In this document: positions 10,572 to 20,578 of the stretch, piece by piece
Position numbering within the stretch: the stretch's first letter is position 1
Layout of the letters: the number at the start of each line of letters is the position of its first letter
DNA from: a bacterium
GTDB taxonomy: Bacteria > Sysuimicrobiota > Sysuimicrobiia > Sysuimicrobiales > Humicultoraceae
Direction: 5' to 3'
Length of the DNA stretch: 61,408 nucleotides
Assembly (NCBI GenBank): GCA_041497675.1
Contig: JBGQGY010000006.1
Coordinates: 1-61,408, forward strand
Program-made: the position numbers and the translations under genes
The notes under the pieces: generated by a model
What the model saw: only the letters and a program-made list of their open reading frames with translations
Database searches by the model: none
Told to the model about the DNA's origin: nothing

Positions 10572-11455
10572 AGGCTCGACGGCCGAAGGTGTCGCCCGAT
10601 CTCGGTGACGCCGACCCGCGCAATCCTCTGCGCGAGGGCCCCCTGCAGCCGTATCTTGCTGAGGGCGGGCAATCGGTTGTCGCTCGCAATGACCCGCGCG
10701 TAACCCGTAAACAGGTCGTACCAGCCCCGCATGCCCTTCAGGTGTCGTGAAACCGTGTGCCCCTCCGGTCGAGGAGATACGGTCGCCCGAGCGCCGAGAA
10801 GCCGTTTGTGGAACAAGAGCGTCTCGGACAAGGTCAGGTTACCGGAGCCGAGCAGCTTGAAGACCACCAGCATATCCGCCCCCCATGGGCCCGCGCCCCA
10901 GACCCTGAAGCCCCCGGCATCGTGAATCGCGCGCCGTCGCATGAGGCCGTAGATGAGGTTGGGCTTGCCCCGGGTCTCCTCCTGGAGGAGAAACGCACGC
11001 AGACGAACCAGAGGATCCGGCGACGGGAGTTCGAGCGCGCTGGGGTAGACGCGAATGGTCTCGCCCCGTTCGTCGATGGTGTCGAAGACGGAGAATGCGA
11101 GGACCGCCTCGGGCGCGCCCTGCAGCAACCCCAATAGGGTCGAAACAAAGCTGGGTTCCCACAGATCATCGGCCGCGGCCCACATGAAGTACTCACCGCC
11201 CGCGAGGCGAAGGACATGGTCGAAGTTGGTGATGGCGTCCACCTGGACGGCGAGCCGCGTATAGCGGACGCGCGAGTCGCCGGCGGCGTACGTCCGGCAG
11301 ATTTCCGGCGTCGCGTCGTCCGACACGTTGTCGGAGATGATCAACTCAAAGTCGCGATGTGTTTGCGCCAGCAGCGAGTTCAGCGCCAGCCGAATGAAGC
11401 GCTCGCCGTTGCAGACCGGCATCCCGATGCTGACGAGGGGTGCGCGGTCCGTCAC
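10565..11455 (-). CDS. Glycosyltransferase family 2
   Basis: LVSIGMPVCNG, ISDNVSDD, YFMWAAADD; GTG start at 11455 overlaps the upstream stop (GTGA). Confidence 0.9.
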   Translation of the reverse strand: MTDRAPLVSIGMPVCNGERFIRLALNSLLAQTHRDFELIISDNVSDDATPEICRTYAAGDSRVRYTRLAVQVDAITNFDHVLRLAGGEYFMWAAADDLWEPSFVSTLLGLLQGAPEAVLAFSVFDTIDERGETIRVYPSALELPSPDPLVRLRAFLLQEETRGKPNLIYGLMRRRAIHDAGGFRVWGAGPWGADMLVVFKLLGSGNLTLSETLLFHKRLLGARATVSPRPEGHTVSRHLKGMRGWYDLFTGYARVIASDNRLPALSKIRLQGALAQRIARVGVTEIGRHLRPSSLW

Positions 11456-12390
11456 GTCCGGTTCCCGTTTGTGCCGGCGTGAGTCCGCCACCAATGCACG
11501 GCGTCGCGCAGCCCGGCCTCGAGGTCGTATCGTGGGGACCAGCCGACGCCATCGATGAGGCGTCGTGGGTCGGCGCACACGTATGCGGGCGCGCCGGGAT
11601 CATCCGACCGCGCGCCCCACCGGATCCGTTCAGGACGCCCCAGGATCTCGCCGAGTGTGGCGACGATATCGTGGACGGCCACCGGCCGTCCCGACCCGAT
11701 GTTCACCGGACCTTGCCGGCCGCTATGTGCGACGGCGCACACCGCCGATGCCACGTCATCGACATGCAGGAAATCCCGAACAGCCGTGCCGCTGGTCACG
11801 CCGGCGTCGCGGTCCTCGAGCAATGCGTTGATCACCGACGGCACCAGGCGGCGCTCGTCTTCCATCGGGCCGTAGAGGTAGAAGAAGCGGAGCCACGCCG
11901 TCTGCATCCCGGCGACCGCACCGAACTGCTCGAGTATCAGACCGAGGCCGAGCTTGCTTGCCGCGTACAGGCTACTCGGTCGGCTGGGGCTCTCTTCCGA
12001 GACACGACCGGGGCTCGAGGCGTATTCGAGGCAGGTGCCGGCGCCGACCAGTCTTGCGCAACTATGCGTCGCAAGCGTCTTGGCGAGGGTCAGGCTGGCC
12101 TGCACCCACGCCAGGTTCTCCGGGCTGTCCAGATACCGGCCGGGCTCGACATGCCAGGCCAGGTGGATGCACAGGTCTGGCCGGACCCCCGCAACGCACA
12201 CCTCGGTGGCGTTGGAATCAGTGAGATCGCATTCGACCAGATGTAGCGACGCTTGAATATCCGCGAGGCGCCAGGGGCGGCTCTGCGGCCGGACCACGGC
12301 GAAGACCTCATCCCCGCCCGCAAGAAGGTGTCGGGCGACGTGTGATCCGATGAACCCGGCGGCGCCGGTGAGGAGGACCTTCACGCGCAC
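11452..12390 (-). CDS. NAD-dependent NDP-sugar 4-ketoreductase/epimerase (extended SDR)
   Basis: TGAAGFIG, HLAW, GTCLEY, YAASK, RFFYLYGP, RDFLHVDD. Confidence 0.88.
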   Translation of the reverse strand: MRVKVLLTGAAGFIGSHVARHLLAGGDEVFAVVRPQSRPWRLADIQASLHLVECDLTDSNATEVCVAGVRPDLCIHLAWHVEPGRYLDSPENLAWVQASLTLAKTLATHSCARLVGAGTCLEYASSPGRVSEESPSRPSSLYAASKLGLGLILEQFGAVAGMQTAWLRFFYLYGPMEDERRLVPSVINALLEDRDAGVTSGTAVRDFLHVDDVASAVCAVAHSGRQGPVNIGSGRPVAVHDIVATLGEILGRPERIRWGARSDDPGAPAYVCADPRRLIDGVGWSPRYDLEAGLRDAVHWWRTHAGTNGNRT

Positions 12391-12393
12391 CCG

Positions 12394-12879
12394 TCAGGCG
12401 TGCCGCGCATCCCAGGAATACGGGATGTGGTTGTTGAGCGGGTCCAGACGTGTCGTCCGCGACGGATCGTGCGGATGCGTGCAGCAATTCGCGACCACGG
12501 CCTGCGGCGCGCTCATCCCTTTGAACCCGTTCCAGACCTCTGGTGGGGTGACCAGCAGCGCGTAGTGATCGGGGCCGAGAAAGACTTCCATCAGCGTGCC
12601 GCGGGTGGGAGACGCGTCGCGCTCGTCGTAAAGAGCGACTTTGACCATTCCGACAATGCACGCGTAGTGGAGGGTCATCTCGCGGTGCCGGTGCCAGCCT
12701 TTGATCACCCCCGGATACACGGAGGAGAAGTAGATCTCCCCAAAACGGATGAAGTGCGGGTCTGTGGCCTTGAGCATGTGATACACGGTACCTCTATCGT
12801 CGGGGATCCGGCGCAGCGGAACGATCTTCACCCCGTCGATGATGCGTTGCCCCTGGAGGATCTTCACCCCGTCGACCAT
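12394..12879 (-). CDS. NDP-4-keto-6-deoxyhexose 3,5-epimerase (RmlC-like cupin)
   Basis: IDGVKIVPLRRIPDDRG, YFS...PGVIKGWH.H, ALYDERDASPT, PPEVWNGF. Confidence 0.85.
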   Translation of the reverse strand: MVDGVKILQGQRIIDGVKIVPLRRIPDDRGTVYHMLKATDPHFIRFGEIYFSSVYPGVIKGWHRHREMTLHYACIVGMVKVALYDERDASPTRGTLMEVFLGPDHYALLVTPPEVWNGFKGMSAPQAVVANCCTHPHDPSRTTRLDPLNNHIPYSWDARHA

Positions 12880-12886
12880 GGTAACC

Positions 12887-14119
12887 TCACACGATTCTGA
12901 CGTCTGGGATGGGCACGATGAACTGCCCACCCAACCGGCGGTACTCGGCCTGCTGTTGCAGCACCTCGTCGATCAGATTCCAGCTCAAGAGCAACGTGTA
13001 GTCGGGCCGCTCTTCTATCAGACGCGACGGAGGCGAGATGGGCACGCGCACCCCGGGGACCAAGCGCCCCTGCTTGTACGGGCTCCGGTCTGCAACGAAG
13101 TCCAGCACGTCTGCGCCGATGCGGCAGTAGTTGAGCAACACCGTGCCCTTGGCGGCCGCCCCGTAGGCGGCGAGCCGGCATCCACGCTGCTTCAGCGCAG
13201 TCATCAACGCGACCAGCGAGGTCTTGATCTCTACCGCCCGGTGGCCAAACGCCGCGTAGGCTTCGAGGCGATCGACGCCCCAGGCGGACTCCTCGGCAAG
13301 CAGCTCCGCGACGCGTCCGCCGGCTCCGGCGTCGGCCGCATGGGCGACCGAGAGCCGCAGCGATCCCCCGTGCACGGGGATCCGTTCGGCGTCGGCCAGG
13401 ACGAGGCTATGCCGTTCGAAGAGCCGCTGCAATGCGGTGACCGAGAAATAGCACAGATGCTCGTGGTAGATGGTGTCGAACTCGCACCGGTCGATCATGT
13501 CTCTCAGATACGGCACCTCGATGACCGCCAGCCCGCCGGCGTTCAACAGGTGGCCGATGCCCTCCACGACGCCGTTGAGATCGGCGACGTGCGCCAGGAC
13601 GTTGTTCGCCAGCAGGACATCGGCCCCGCGCCCCTCACCGCGGAGTGTGGCGGCCAGTTCGCGCCCAAAGAACGCACAGCGCGTCGGGATGCCGCGCGAG
13701 TTCGCCACGGCCGCGACATTCTCAGCCGGTTCGATCCCCAGCACCGGAATCCCGCGCGCCGCGAAGTACTGCAAGAGATAGCCGTCATTGCTCCCGATTT
13801 CGATCACCAGGCTCCGACCGTTCAGTCCACGTGCCGCAGTGAGGCGGTCGACGAGGGTTTTGGCGTGGTTGAGCATGGTGTCGGAAAAGGACGAGAAGTA
13901 GAGGTACTCACGGAAGAGAGCGTCCGGCGGAACCGTCTCAGTGATCTGCACGAGCGTGCAACGAGGACAAAACACCAAGTCCAAGGGATATCTCGGTTCG
14001 GCCCGGCTGAGGTCGTTGGGATCCAGCAGCGCATTCGCGAGTGGCATCACGCCCAGCGAGAGGACCGGCCGGAGCATCGGAGATTCGCACGACCGGCACG
14101 ACAAGGGACCGGATCTCAC
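12887..14119 (-). CDS. NDP-sugar C-3 methyltransferase (Zn-binding, SAM-dependent)
   Basis: N-terminal CxxC...Cxx[50 protein letters not shown]; family of TylCIII/EryBIII-type C-methyltransferases. Confidence 0.92.
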   Translation of the reverse strand: MRSGPLSCRSCESPMLRPVLSLGVMPLANALLDPNDLSRAEPRYPLDLVFCPRCTLVQITETVPPDALFREYLYFSSFSDTMLNHAKTLVDRLTAARGLNGRSLVIEIGSNDGYLLQYFAARGIPVLGIEPAENVAAVANSRGIPTRCAFFGRELAATLRGEGRGADVLLANNVLAHVADLNGVVEGIGHLLNAGGLAVIEVPYLRDMIDRCEFDTIYHEHLCYFSVTALQRLFERHSLVLADAERIPVHGGSLRLSVAHAADAGAGGRVAELLAEESAWGVDRLEAYAAFGHRAVEIKTSLVALMTALKQRGCRLAAYGAAAKGTVLLNYCRIGADVLDFVADRSPYKQGRLVPGVRVPISPPSRLIEERPDYTLLLSWNLIDEVLQQQAEYRRLGGQFIVPIPDVRIV

Positions 14120-15117
14120 GGCTGCGGGTTGAAGAAGGTCCGGTACCAGGCCACCGTCCGGTCCAAACCCTCTTCGAGGGTCTGGGCCGGTGTCCAGCCC
14201 AGCACCCGGCGGGCCTTTGCGGCACTCAGGTACTGGCGCCGGATCTCGCCCGTGGCCTCATTTCGAATTTCTGGCTCGAGATCCGAGCGCATCAAGGTGA
14301 GGATCACACGCGCGATCTCGATCACGGTCATAGGGCGCTCGTACGAGAAGTTGAACGCCTCGCCCGACAGCGCGCTATCTGCGGCGAGCCGCTCCGCGAG
14401 CAGGAGGCACGCCGTGACGGCATCCTCAGCGCCGAAGTAGTCGCGCACGTATTGGCCGTCGGACCGGATAATCGGTCGCTTGCCCCGCAGCACAGACCGA
14501 ACGGTCCCCGGGACGATACGATTCCAGTTCAGATCTCCGCCGCCAAACAGGTTACCGCATCGCGTAATGGCGACCGGAACGCGGTACGTGGCGGCGTAGG
14601 CCTGCGCGACGAGATCCGCGCAGGACTTGCTCACGTCGTATGGATGGATCCCCCGTAAGGGGGTGTCCTCGGTGTAGGGGAGAGCGTCGTGGCTGCCGTA
14701 GGCCTTGTCCGATGACGCGAGGACGATTTGCTTGACCGACGGACTCCGGCGGCACGCCTCCAACAGCGCCCAGGTGCCCGCCACGTTGGTCTGGAACGTC
14801 GAAACTGGATTGCGGTTCGCAACCGGCACCAGCGTCTGCGCGGCCAGATGAAAGACGGTGTCGACCTCGTACTCCCCCAGAGTGCGCTCGAGCAGGACTT
14901 GGTCGCGAACATCTCCGCGAACAAGCTTCGTGTGCTCCACGAGCCCCGCCCGCACGAACTCGCTCTGAGGGACCCAGTCGCGCACCAGACACACGGTCTC
15001 GACCCCAAGGTCGACCAGCCGCTTCACCAGACTACCGCCGAGCAGCCCGGTGGCGCCCGTGACCAGCACCGGACGGTCGAGCCAAAAGGCCGCGCTGGCT
15101 GGCGCCGGGGCCGTCAG
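14116..15117 (-). CDS. rfbG: CDP-glucose 4,6-dehydratase (RfbG-like)
   Basis: FW...[44 protein letters not shown]; adjacent to rfbF. Start uncertain (CTG 15117, GTG 15132 or TTG 15141). Confidence 0.82.
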   Translation of the reverse strand: MTAPAPASAAFWLDRPVLVTGATGLLGGSLVKRLVDLGVETVCLVRDWVPQSEFVRAGLVEHTKLVRGDVRDQVLLERTLGEYEVDTVFHLAAQTLVPVANRNPVSTFQTNVAGTWALLEACRRSPSVKQIVLASSDKAYGSHDALPYTEDTPLRGIHPYDVSKSCADLVAQAYAATYRVPVAITRCGNLFGGGDLNWNRIVPGTVRSVLRGKRPIIRSDGQYVRDYFGAEDAVTACLLLAERLAADSALSGEAFNFSYERPMTVIEIARVILTLMRSDLEPEIRNEATGEIRRQYLSAAKARRVLGWTPAQTLEEGLDRTVAWYRTFFNPQP

Positions 15118-15893
15118 ATCTGATCCTCCCACACCTTCCAAGGAGGCCGGCCGCTTTCCCAGAGACTCTCGAGGAGACGGAGATCTCTCAGCGTGTCCAT
15201 GCATTGCCAGAATCCTTCGTGCTGGTAGGCGGCCAGGCGTCCATCTGTGGCGAGGCGCTCGAGCACGTCCTGTTCGAGCCGGGTGGGATCGCCGGTGATG
15301 TACGTGAAGACCTCGGGTTCGAGGACCATGTAGCCCCCGTTGATCCAGCCTTCGCCGATCTGCGGTTTCTCTGTGAATTGGGCCACGCCGCCGCCGTCGA
15401 GGGTTAGCCCGCCAAAGCGCGAGGGGGGGCGCACCGCCGTGACCGTGGCGATCCGCCCCTGCCGACGATGAAACTCCAGGAGCGCGTTCAGATCGACGTT
15501 CGAGACGCCGTCGCCGTAGGTCAGCATCAGGGGTTCGGCGCGCAGCCAAGGCGTGAGACGTCCGAGGCGGCCGCCGGTCATCGTCTCAAGCCCTGTGTCG
15601 ATCAAGTGCACAATCCAGTCCTCGCTCTTCTTGTCGTGTGTCTCGACACGGCCGCTGGCCAGGTGCACCGTCATGCCGGTGTTGAGCGTATAGTAGTCGA
15701 GGAAATAGCGCTTGATCATCTCGCCTTTGTAACCCAGAGCGATCAAGAACTCGCGAAACCCATAGTGGGCATAGTGCTGCATGATGTGCCACAGGAGCGG
15801 GCGGCCGCCGATCTCGACCATCGGTTTCGGTTTGACCGCGGTCTCTTCCTGAAAGCGCGTCCCAAAGCCACCGGCAAGAATCACGACCTTCAT
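15114..15893 (-). CDS. rfbF: Glucose-1-phosphate cytidylyltransferase
   Basis: [62 protein letters not shown]. Confidence 0.95.
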   Translation of the reverse strand: MKVVILAGGFGTRFQEETAVKPKPMVEIGGRPLLWHIMQHYAHYGFREFLIALGYKGEMIKRYFLDYYTLNTGMTVHLASGRVETHDKKSEDWIVHLIDTGLETMTGGRLGRLTPWLRAEPLMLTYGDGVSNVDLNALLEFHRRQGRIATVTAVRPPSRFGGLTLDGGGVAQFTEKPQIGEGWINGGYMVLEPEVFTYITGDPTRLEQDVLERLATDGRLAAYQHEGFWQCMDTLRDLRLLESLWESGRPPWKVWEDQI

Positions 15894-15985
15894 ACGAACT
15901 AACTTTCTCGCGGGCGCTGACAGTTCCTGTCCTCCTGGCGTCGACAGCTGGTTATCCTGAATGACTGCCGGTATCCTGACGCTAG

Positions 15986-17077
15986 ATGCGGATCCTCTAT
16001 GTCGCGATGAAGTACGACTACGGCGATCCCCGTCGCGGGACGTCCTTTGAGCACCACAACTTCTACGAGACGCTCGAGCGGATGCCGGCGCACCAGGTCG
16101 CGTATTTTCCCTTTGATGAGGTCGGAGCGCGCCTGGGCCGCGATGGGATGAACCGTGCGTTGCTCGCGACGGTCGCTGAGGTCAGGCCCGATCTTGCGTT
16201 CTTTGTGCTGTTCACGGACGAGATCGCGCCGGATACTATCAGGGAGATCGCGGGACAGGGCGGCACAGTAACGTTCAACTGGTTTGCGGACGATCACTGG
16301 CGGTTCTTCAACTTCTCGCGCCACTGGGCGCCGCTCTTTCACTGGGTGGCAACCACCGATGCGCGGGCGGTGCCGCGGTACCGGCAGATGGGCTACGCGA
16401 ATGTCATCAAGACGCAGTGGGCCTGCAACCACTTCACGTACCGGCCGGCGCTGACCGCCGACGGCCGTCTGGACACCGTCTACGACTACGACGTCACGTT
16501 CGTGGGACAACCCCACTCCAACCGGCGTCAGGTCGTCGACAAGCTCAGACGGGCCGGGATCGACGTGCAGTGCTGGGGATACGGCTGGCCCAACGGCCGG
16601 CTCAGCCAGGAAGACGTGATCAAGGTGTTTGCCGGGAGCAAGATAAACCTCAACCTGGCCAAGAGTTCGGGAGGGGTAGCGATCAAGGAACTCGCCAAGA
16701 TCGTGGTCAACAAGCGCGCCGACGGATCGTTCCATTTCCGGTCGCCGGTGACATGGGCAGACAACATGAGATCGCTTTTGGCCAAGGGGCGGGAGCAGAT
16801 CAAGGGGCGCAACTTCGAGATTCCCGGCGCAGGCGGGTTCCTGCTGACGAGTCCCACCGAGGACCTGACCGACTACTATGTGCCGGGGCGCGACGTCGAC
16901 GTGTACACCAGCCCCGACGATTTCGTAGACAAGATCCGCTACTATCTCGCGCACGACCGGGAACGCGAGGCGATTCGCGCGGCCGGGTACGCGCGAACGC
17001 TGCGCGAGCACACCTACGTCCACCGGTTCCATGAGATCTTTACGAGCATCTGTGGCCCCGGGGTCCCACGGCGGTGA
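15986..17077 (+). CDS. CgeB-like glycosyltransferase (Glyco_trans_1_2)
   Basis: NWFADD.WR, YDVTFVG, SKINLN, KGRNFEIPGAGGFLLT, EHTY..R. Confidence 0.85.
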   Translation: MRILYVAMKYDYGDPRRGTSFEHHNFYETLERMPAHQVAYFPFDEVGARLGRDGMNRALLATVAEVRPDLAFFVLFTDEIAPDTIREIAGQGGTVTFNWFADDHWRFFNFSRHWAPLFHWVATTDARAVPRYRQMGYANVIKTQWACNHFTYRPALTADGRLDTVYDYDVTFVGQPHSNRRQVVDKLRRAGIDVQCWGYGWPNGRLSQEDVIKVFAGSKINLNLAKSSGGVAIKELAKIVVNKRADGSFHFRSPVTWADNMRSLLAKGREQIKGRNFEIPGAGGFLLTSPTEDLTDYYVPGRDVDVYTSPDDFVDKIRYYLAHDREREAIRAAGYARTLREHTYVHRFHEIFTSICGPGVPRR

Positions 17078-18210
17078 GGATCCTGCACACGACGGAGTTC
17101 TATGACCCGCACGCCGGCGGTAATCTGGCCATCCAGCGCATCTCTGAGGGGCTGGTACGAAGGGGTCATTCCGTCACAGTCGCCACCACGTTCCTGTCGG
17201 AGCGGACGTCCACCGAGATCGCCGGTGTCAAGATCGAGCCGTTTCGGATCCGCGGGTCCCTCGTCAAGGGCATCAGGGGAGACGTGGAGCGCTACCAGCA
17301 GTACCTCCGCGAGAGTGACTTCGATGTGGTGACGAACTTCTTCGCGGACATCTGGACGACCGACCTGACGTTCGGCGTCCTCGACCGGATGCGCGGCTCG
17401 AGGGTGCTGGCGACCCCGTGTCTGTCGAAGCTGGCCCGACCAACGCACCGACGATACTTCTACAGCAACTATCTGGACGCGCTGGCCAAGTACGACAGGG
17501 TCGTGTACTTGTCGGCCGCCTACCGGGACAAGCTCTTTGGAGACGAGCAGGGGTTCGGCGACAAGGCCAGCATCATCCCCAACGGAGCCGGAGAGGAGTT
17601 TCTCGCCGCCCCCGCTGGATTCAGGAAGGCGTTTGACATCACGACCCCGCTCATGCTGCTGACGGTTGCCAATCACTACCTTGCCAAGGGCCACGCGTTT
17701 GTCATTGACGCGTTCCACCGCATGCGCCGGACCGACGCAACGCTCGTCCTCGTTGGTGAGAAACCCTTCTTTCATTCTTGGTACAGTTGCTGGCCCCGGT
17801 GCCGGCTGGCGGGGGCGCTCGACCGGCGGATCAGGGTGCTCAGCGGCGTTCCCCGCGCATGGGTCGTCTCAGCGTTTCAGGAGGCCGATCTCTTTCTATT
17901 CGGATCACGCGTGGAGTGCGCCCCGCTGGTCATGTACGAGGCGTTCGCCTCACACACGCCGTTTCTCACCACGCCCGTAGGCAACGTGAGCGACCATGCC
18001 GATGCGGTGAAGATCGTGCGCACCCCCGAAGAGATGAGCGATGCCGGCAATTCATTGCTCCGTGACGATGCAGAGCGCCGGCGGCTGGCCGGGCAAGCCT
18101 TTCAACTCTGGCAGGCCCACCATACCTGGGAGCAGATTGCCGCCCAGTACGAGTCGCTCTACACGGCGCTCGTGGAACGCCGGCGGACGGTGGGGGCCGC
18201 CGGCAGATGA
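17074..18210 (+). CDS. Glycosyltransferase family 4
   Basis: GT-B motifs: RGHSVTV.T, IPNG, KG, ADLF...S..E..PLV..EA....P. Confidence 0.88.
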   Translation: MRILHTTEFYDPHAGGNLAIQRISEGLVRRGHSVTVATTFLSERTSTEIAGVKIEPFRIRGSLVKGIRGDVERYQQYLRESDFDVVTNFFADIWTTDLTFGVLDRMRGSRVLATPCLSKLARPTHRRYFYSNYLDALAKYDRVVYLSAAYRDKLFGDEQGFGDKASIIPNGAGEEFLAAPAGFRKAFDITTPLMLLTVANHYLAKGHAFVIDAFHRMRRTDATLVLVGEKPFFHSWYSCWPRCRLAGALDRRIRVLSGVPRAWVVSAFQEADLFLFGSRVECAPLVMYEAFASHTPFLTTPVGNVSDHADAVKIVRTPEEMSDAGNSLLRDDAERRRLAGQAFQLWQAHHTWEQIAAQYESLYTALVERRRTVGAAGR

Positions 18211-19040
18211 CCGTGCAGGACGTGGCTGTTTCCGCGGTGCTGCTCACGTGGAATTCTGCCTCGCACGTCGACCGGGCGCTGGCGTCGCTGACCCGCGAGG
18301 TGAGCGGTCTGACTGCGGAGATCATTGTCGTCGACAATGGCTCGACGGACACGTCGCTACAGATCGTTCAGCGCCACGCGCCGCACGCGCGCCTCGTCCA
18401 GAACTCTTCGAACGTCGGCGTGGCCCGGGCGCGCAATCAGGGCACCGCGCTCGCCATCGGGCGTTATCTCCTGTTCCTCGACAGTGACGCCGAACTGGCG
18501 CCGGGCAGCGTGCGCGAAATGCTCCGGTTTATCAGCGCTGAGCCCACCGTGGGCGTAGTCGGTCCGAAGCTCACGTACCCCGATGGCACCATCCAGTTTT
18601 CGTGCCGGCGGTTTCCCACGCTGCAAGGTAAGATCCTCCGGCAGCTGCCGCGGCGCGTACAGAAGGCGATCGCCTTCGTGTCTGACGAGGAAATGCACGA
18701 CATTGATCGCACCATCGCGCAGCCGGTGGACTACGTGATCGGCGCCTGCCAGCTGATTCGCCGGGACGTCATCGAGCGCATCGGCCCGCTCGACGAGCGC
18801 ATGTTCTACGGACCCGAGGACGTCGACTTTTGCCTGCGCGTCTGGCAGGCCGGCTGGGCCGTCTACTACCTACCGGCGGCCGTGGCCGTGCACCATGAAC
18901 AACGGATCACCCGGCGGCGCCCCGGCGTGCTAACCTTGAAACACGGCTTGGCGCTTGCGTACTATTTCTGGAAGCACCGTTACCTGTGGCGTCGGCCAGT
19001 GCTCCAGTCGAAGGAGTCGGACCTTCAGCGCGTACCGTAA
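18207..19040 (+). CDS. Glycosyltransferase family 2 (WbbL-like rhamnosyltransferase type)
   Basis: VVDNGSTD, N.G.ARA.NQG, LFLDSD, GAC.LIRR, DERMFY..EDVDFC.R. Confidence 0.9.
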   Translation: MTVQDVAVSAVLLTWNSASHVDRALASLTREVSGLTAEIIVVDNGSTDTSLQIVQRHAPHARLVQNSSNVGVARARNQGTALAIGRYLLFLDSDAELAPGSVREMLRFISAEPTVGVVGPKLTYPDGTIQFSCRRFPTLQGKILRQLPRRVQKAIAFVSDEEMHDIDRTIAQPVDYVIGACQLIRRDVIERIGPLDERMFYGPEDVDFCLRVWQAGWAVYYLPAAVAVHHEQRITRRRPGVLTLKHGLALAYYFWKHRYLWRRPVLQSKESDLQRVP

Positions 19041-19067
19041 GGTAGAAGTAGAAGGGGTCATCACCTG

Positions 19068-20531
19068 ATGCCATCCGCCCCACCTTCCTTCTCACCGTCG
19101 GTGACGGACCGGATTGATCGGCTCGCCCTCCCGTCTGTCCGCGGGTGGTACTCGCTGCGGCTCTCCGAGCGCAAGGTGCTGCTCTATGCCCTCGACCTGC
19201 TCGCGATTGCGGCCGCCCTGCTGGCGACGCTGGGATTGCGGCTCGGCCTGCCGCTCAGCTGGGAAACCGTCTCCGCGCACACGGCGTGGTTTGGCTTGCT
19301 CATCGGCGAATGGTCCGTCGGCGCGCCGTTGATGGGCATGTACGATCTTCGCACCGCATCACGGGTATCCACCGGCGCCGCGACCGCCGCGGCGGCCGCC
19401 CTCGTGGCGGCCGTGGCCTATCTCGTCACACCGGTGATCACGCCGCCGCTGTTGTACTCGCGGCTGACCGCGGCCACGTTCGTCGTGTTGATGGTTGGGG
19501 CGGTGACGCTCGGACGAACCGCCTACGCACGTCTGCTGGTGCAACCGACGTTCCGCCATCGGGTCCTGATTGTCGGCGCGGGCTGGGCAGGACGCGCGCT
19601 CGTGGAGGCCCTGCGCACCCACGCCGGCAGCGAGTACGAGGTCGCAGGGTTTGTCGACGACGATCCCTCTCGGCTGGGGAGCGCAGTCGGTGATGTGCCG
19701 GTGATGGGCACGTCCGCCGATCTGGGACGGCTGGTGTACGAATACCGGGTCTCCGAGGTGATCGTCGCGGTGATCCGGCACGAGACGCTCGAGGCACCGC
19801 TCCTGCAGGCGATCCTTGACTGCCACGAGGGCGGCACCCAGGTCACCCTGATGCAAACGGTCTACGAGCGGCTGACCGGCAGAGTGCCTGTGGAACACGC
19901 CGGAAAGAGCCTGCACGTCGTCCTCCCAACCGACCGCGACTCGAACCGGGTGTATCTCGTCCTGAAACGGGGTACAGATATCTTGTTCGGCCTGGCGGGA
20001 ACCCTGGTGGCGCTTGCGGTCCTGCCGGTGGTCGCGCTGGCGGTTCGGCTGGAGGGTCGGGGTCCGATCTTCTACCGGCAGGCGCGAGTGGGACAGGGCG
20101 GCCGCCTGTTCACCCTGGTCAAGTTTCGCACGATGGTCGAGGACGCCGAGGCGGCGGGTCCGATGTGGGCCCAGGAGGCCGACGAACGGGTCACGCGTGT
20201 CGGTAGATGGCTCCGCCGCCTTCACATCGACGAACTGCCTCAGGCCATGAATATCGTTCGGGGAGAGATGTCGATGACGGGGCCCAGACCCGAACGACCA
20301 GAGTTTGTCAAGAAGCTGGAGGCCGGCATCCCGTTCTACCGCGCGCGGCACGCCATGCGGCCGGGACTGACGGGTTGGGCCCAGGTGAACTACCGGTACG
20401 GCCGCTCGGCTGAAGACGCTATGATCAAGCTGCAGTACGACCTGTACTATGTCAAGCACTGTTCCGTCTTTCTTGATGCGCTGATTCTGGTCAAGACGAT
20501 CGGGCTCGTACTCACCGGCCGCGGCCTCTAA
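19068..20531 (+). CDS. Priming polyprenyl-phosphate glycosylphosphotransferase (WbaP/WcaJ-type)
   Basis: N-terminal TM helices, Rossmann-like CoA-binding domain, C-terminal KFRTM, DELPQ..N...GEMS..GPRPE, PGLTGWAQV, YDLYY. Confidence 0.93.
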   Translation: MPSAPPSFSPSVTDRIDRLALPSVRGWYSLRLSERKVLLYALDLLAIAAALLATLGLRLGLPLSWETVSAHTAWFGLLIGEWSVGAPLMGMYDLRTASRVSTGAATAAAAALVAAVAYLVTPVITPPLLYSRLTAATFVVLMVGAVTLGRTAYARLLVQPTFRHRVLIVGAGWAGRALVEALRTHAGSEYEVAGFVDDDPSRLGSAVGDVPVMGTSADLGRLVYEYRVSEVIVAVIRHETLEAPLLQAILDCHEGGTQVTLMQTVYERLTGRVPVEHAGKSLHVVLPTDRDSNRVYLVLKRGTDILFGLAGTLVALAVLPVVALAVRLEGRGPIFYRQARVGQGGRLFTLVKFRTMVEDAEAAGPMWAQEADERVTRVGRWLRRLHIDELPQAMNIVRGEMSMTGPRPERPEFVKKLEAGIPFYRARHAMRPGLTGWAQVNYRYGRSAEDAMIKLQYDLYYVKHCSVFLDALILVKTIGLVLTGRGL

Positions 20532-20578
20532 AGAAGGGCGCCGCGGAGGAGCCCTGTGAGAACGTTGATGGAGGCGCC

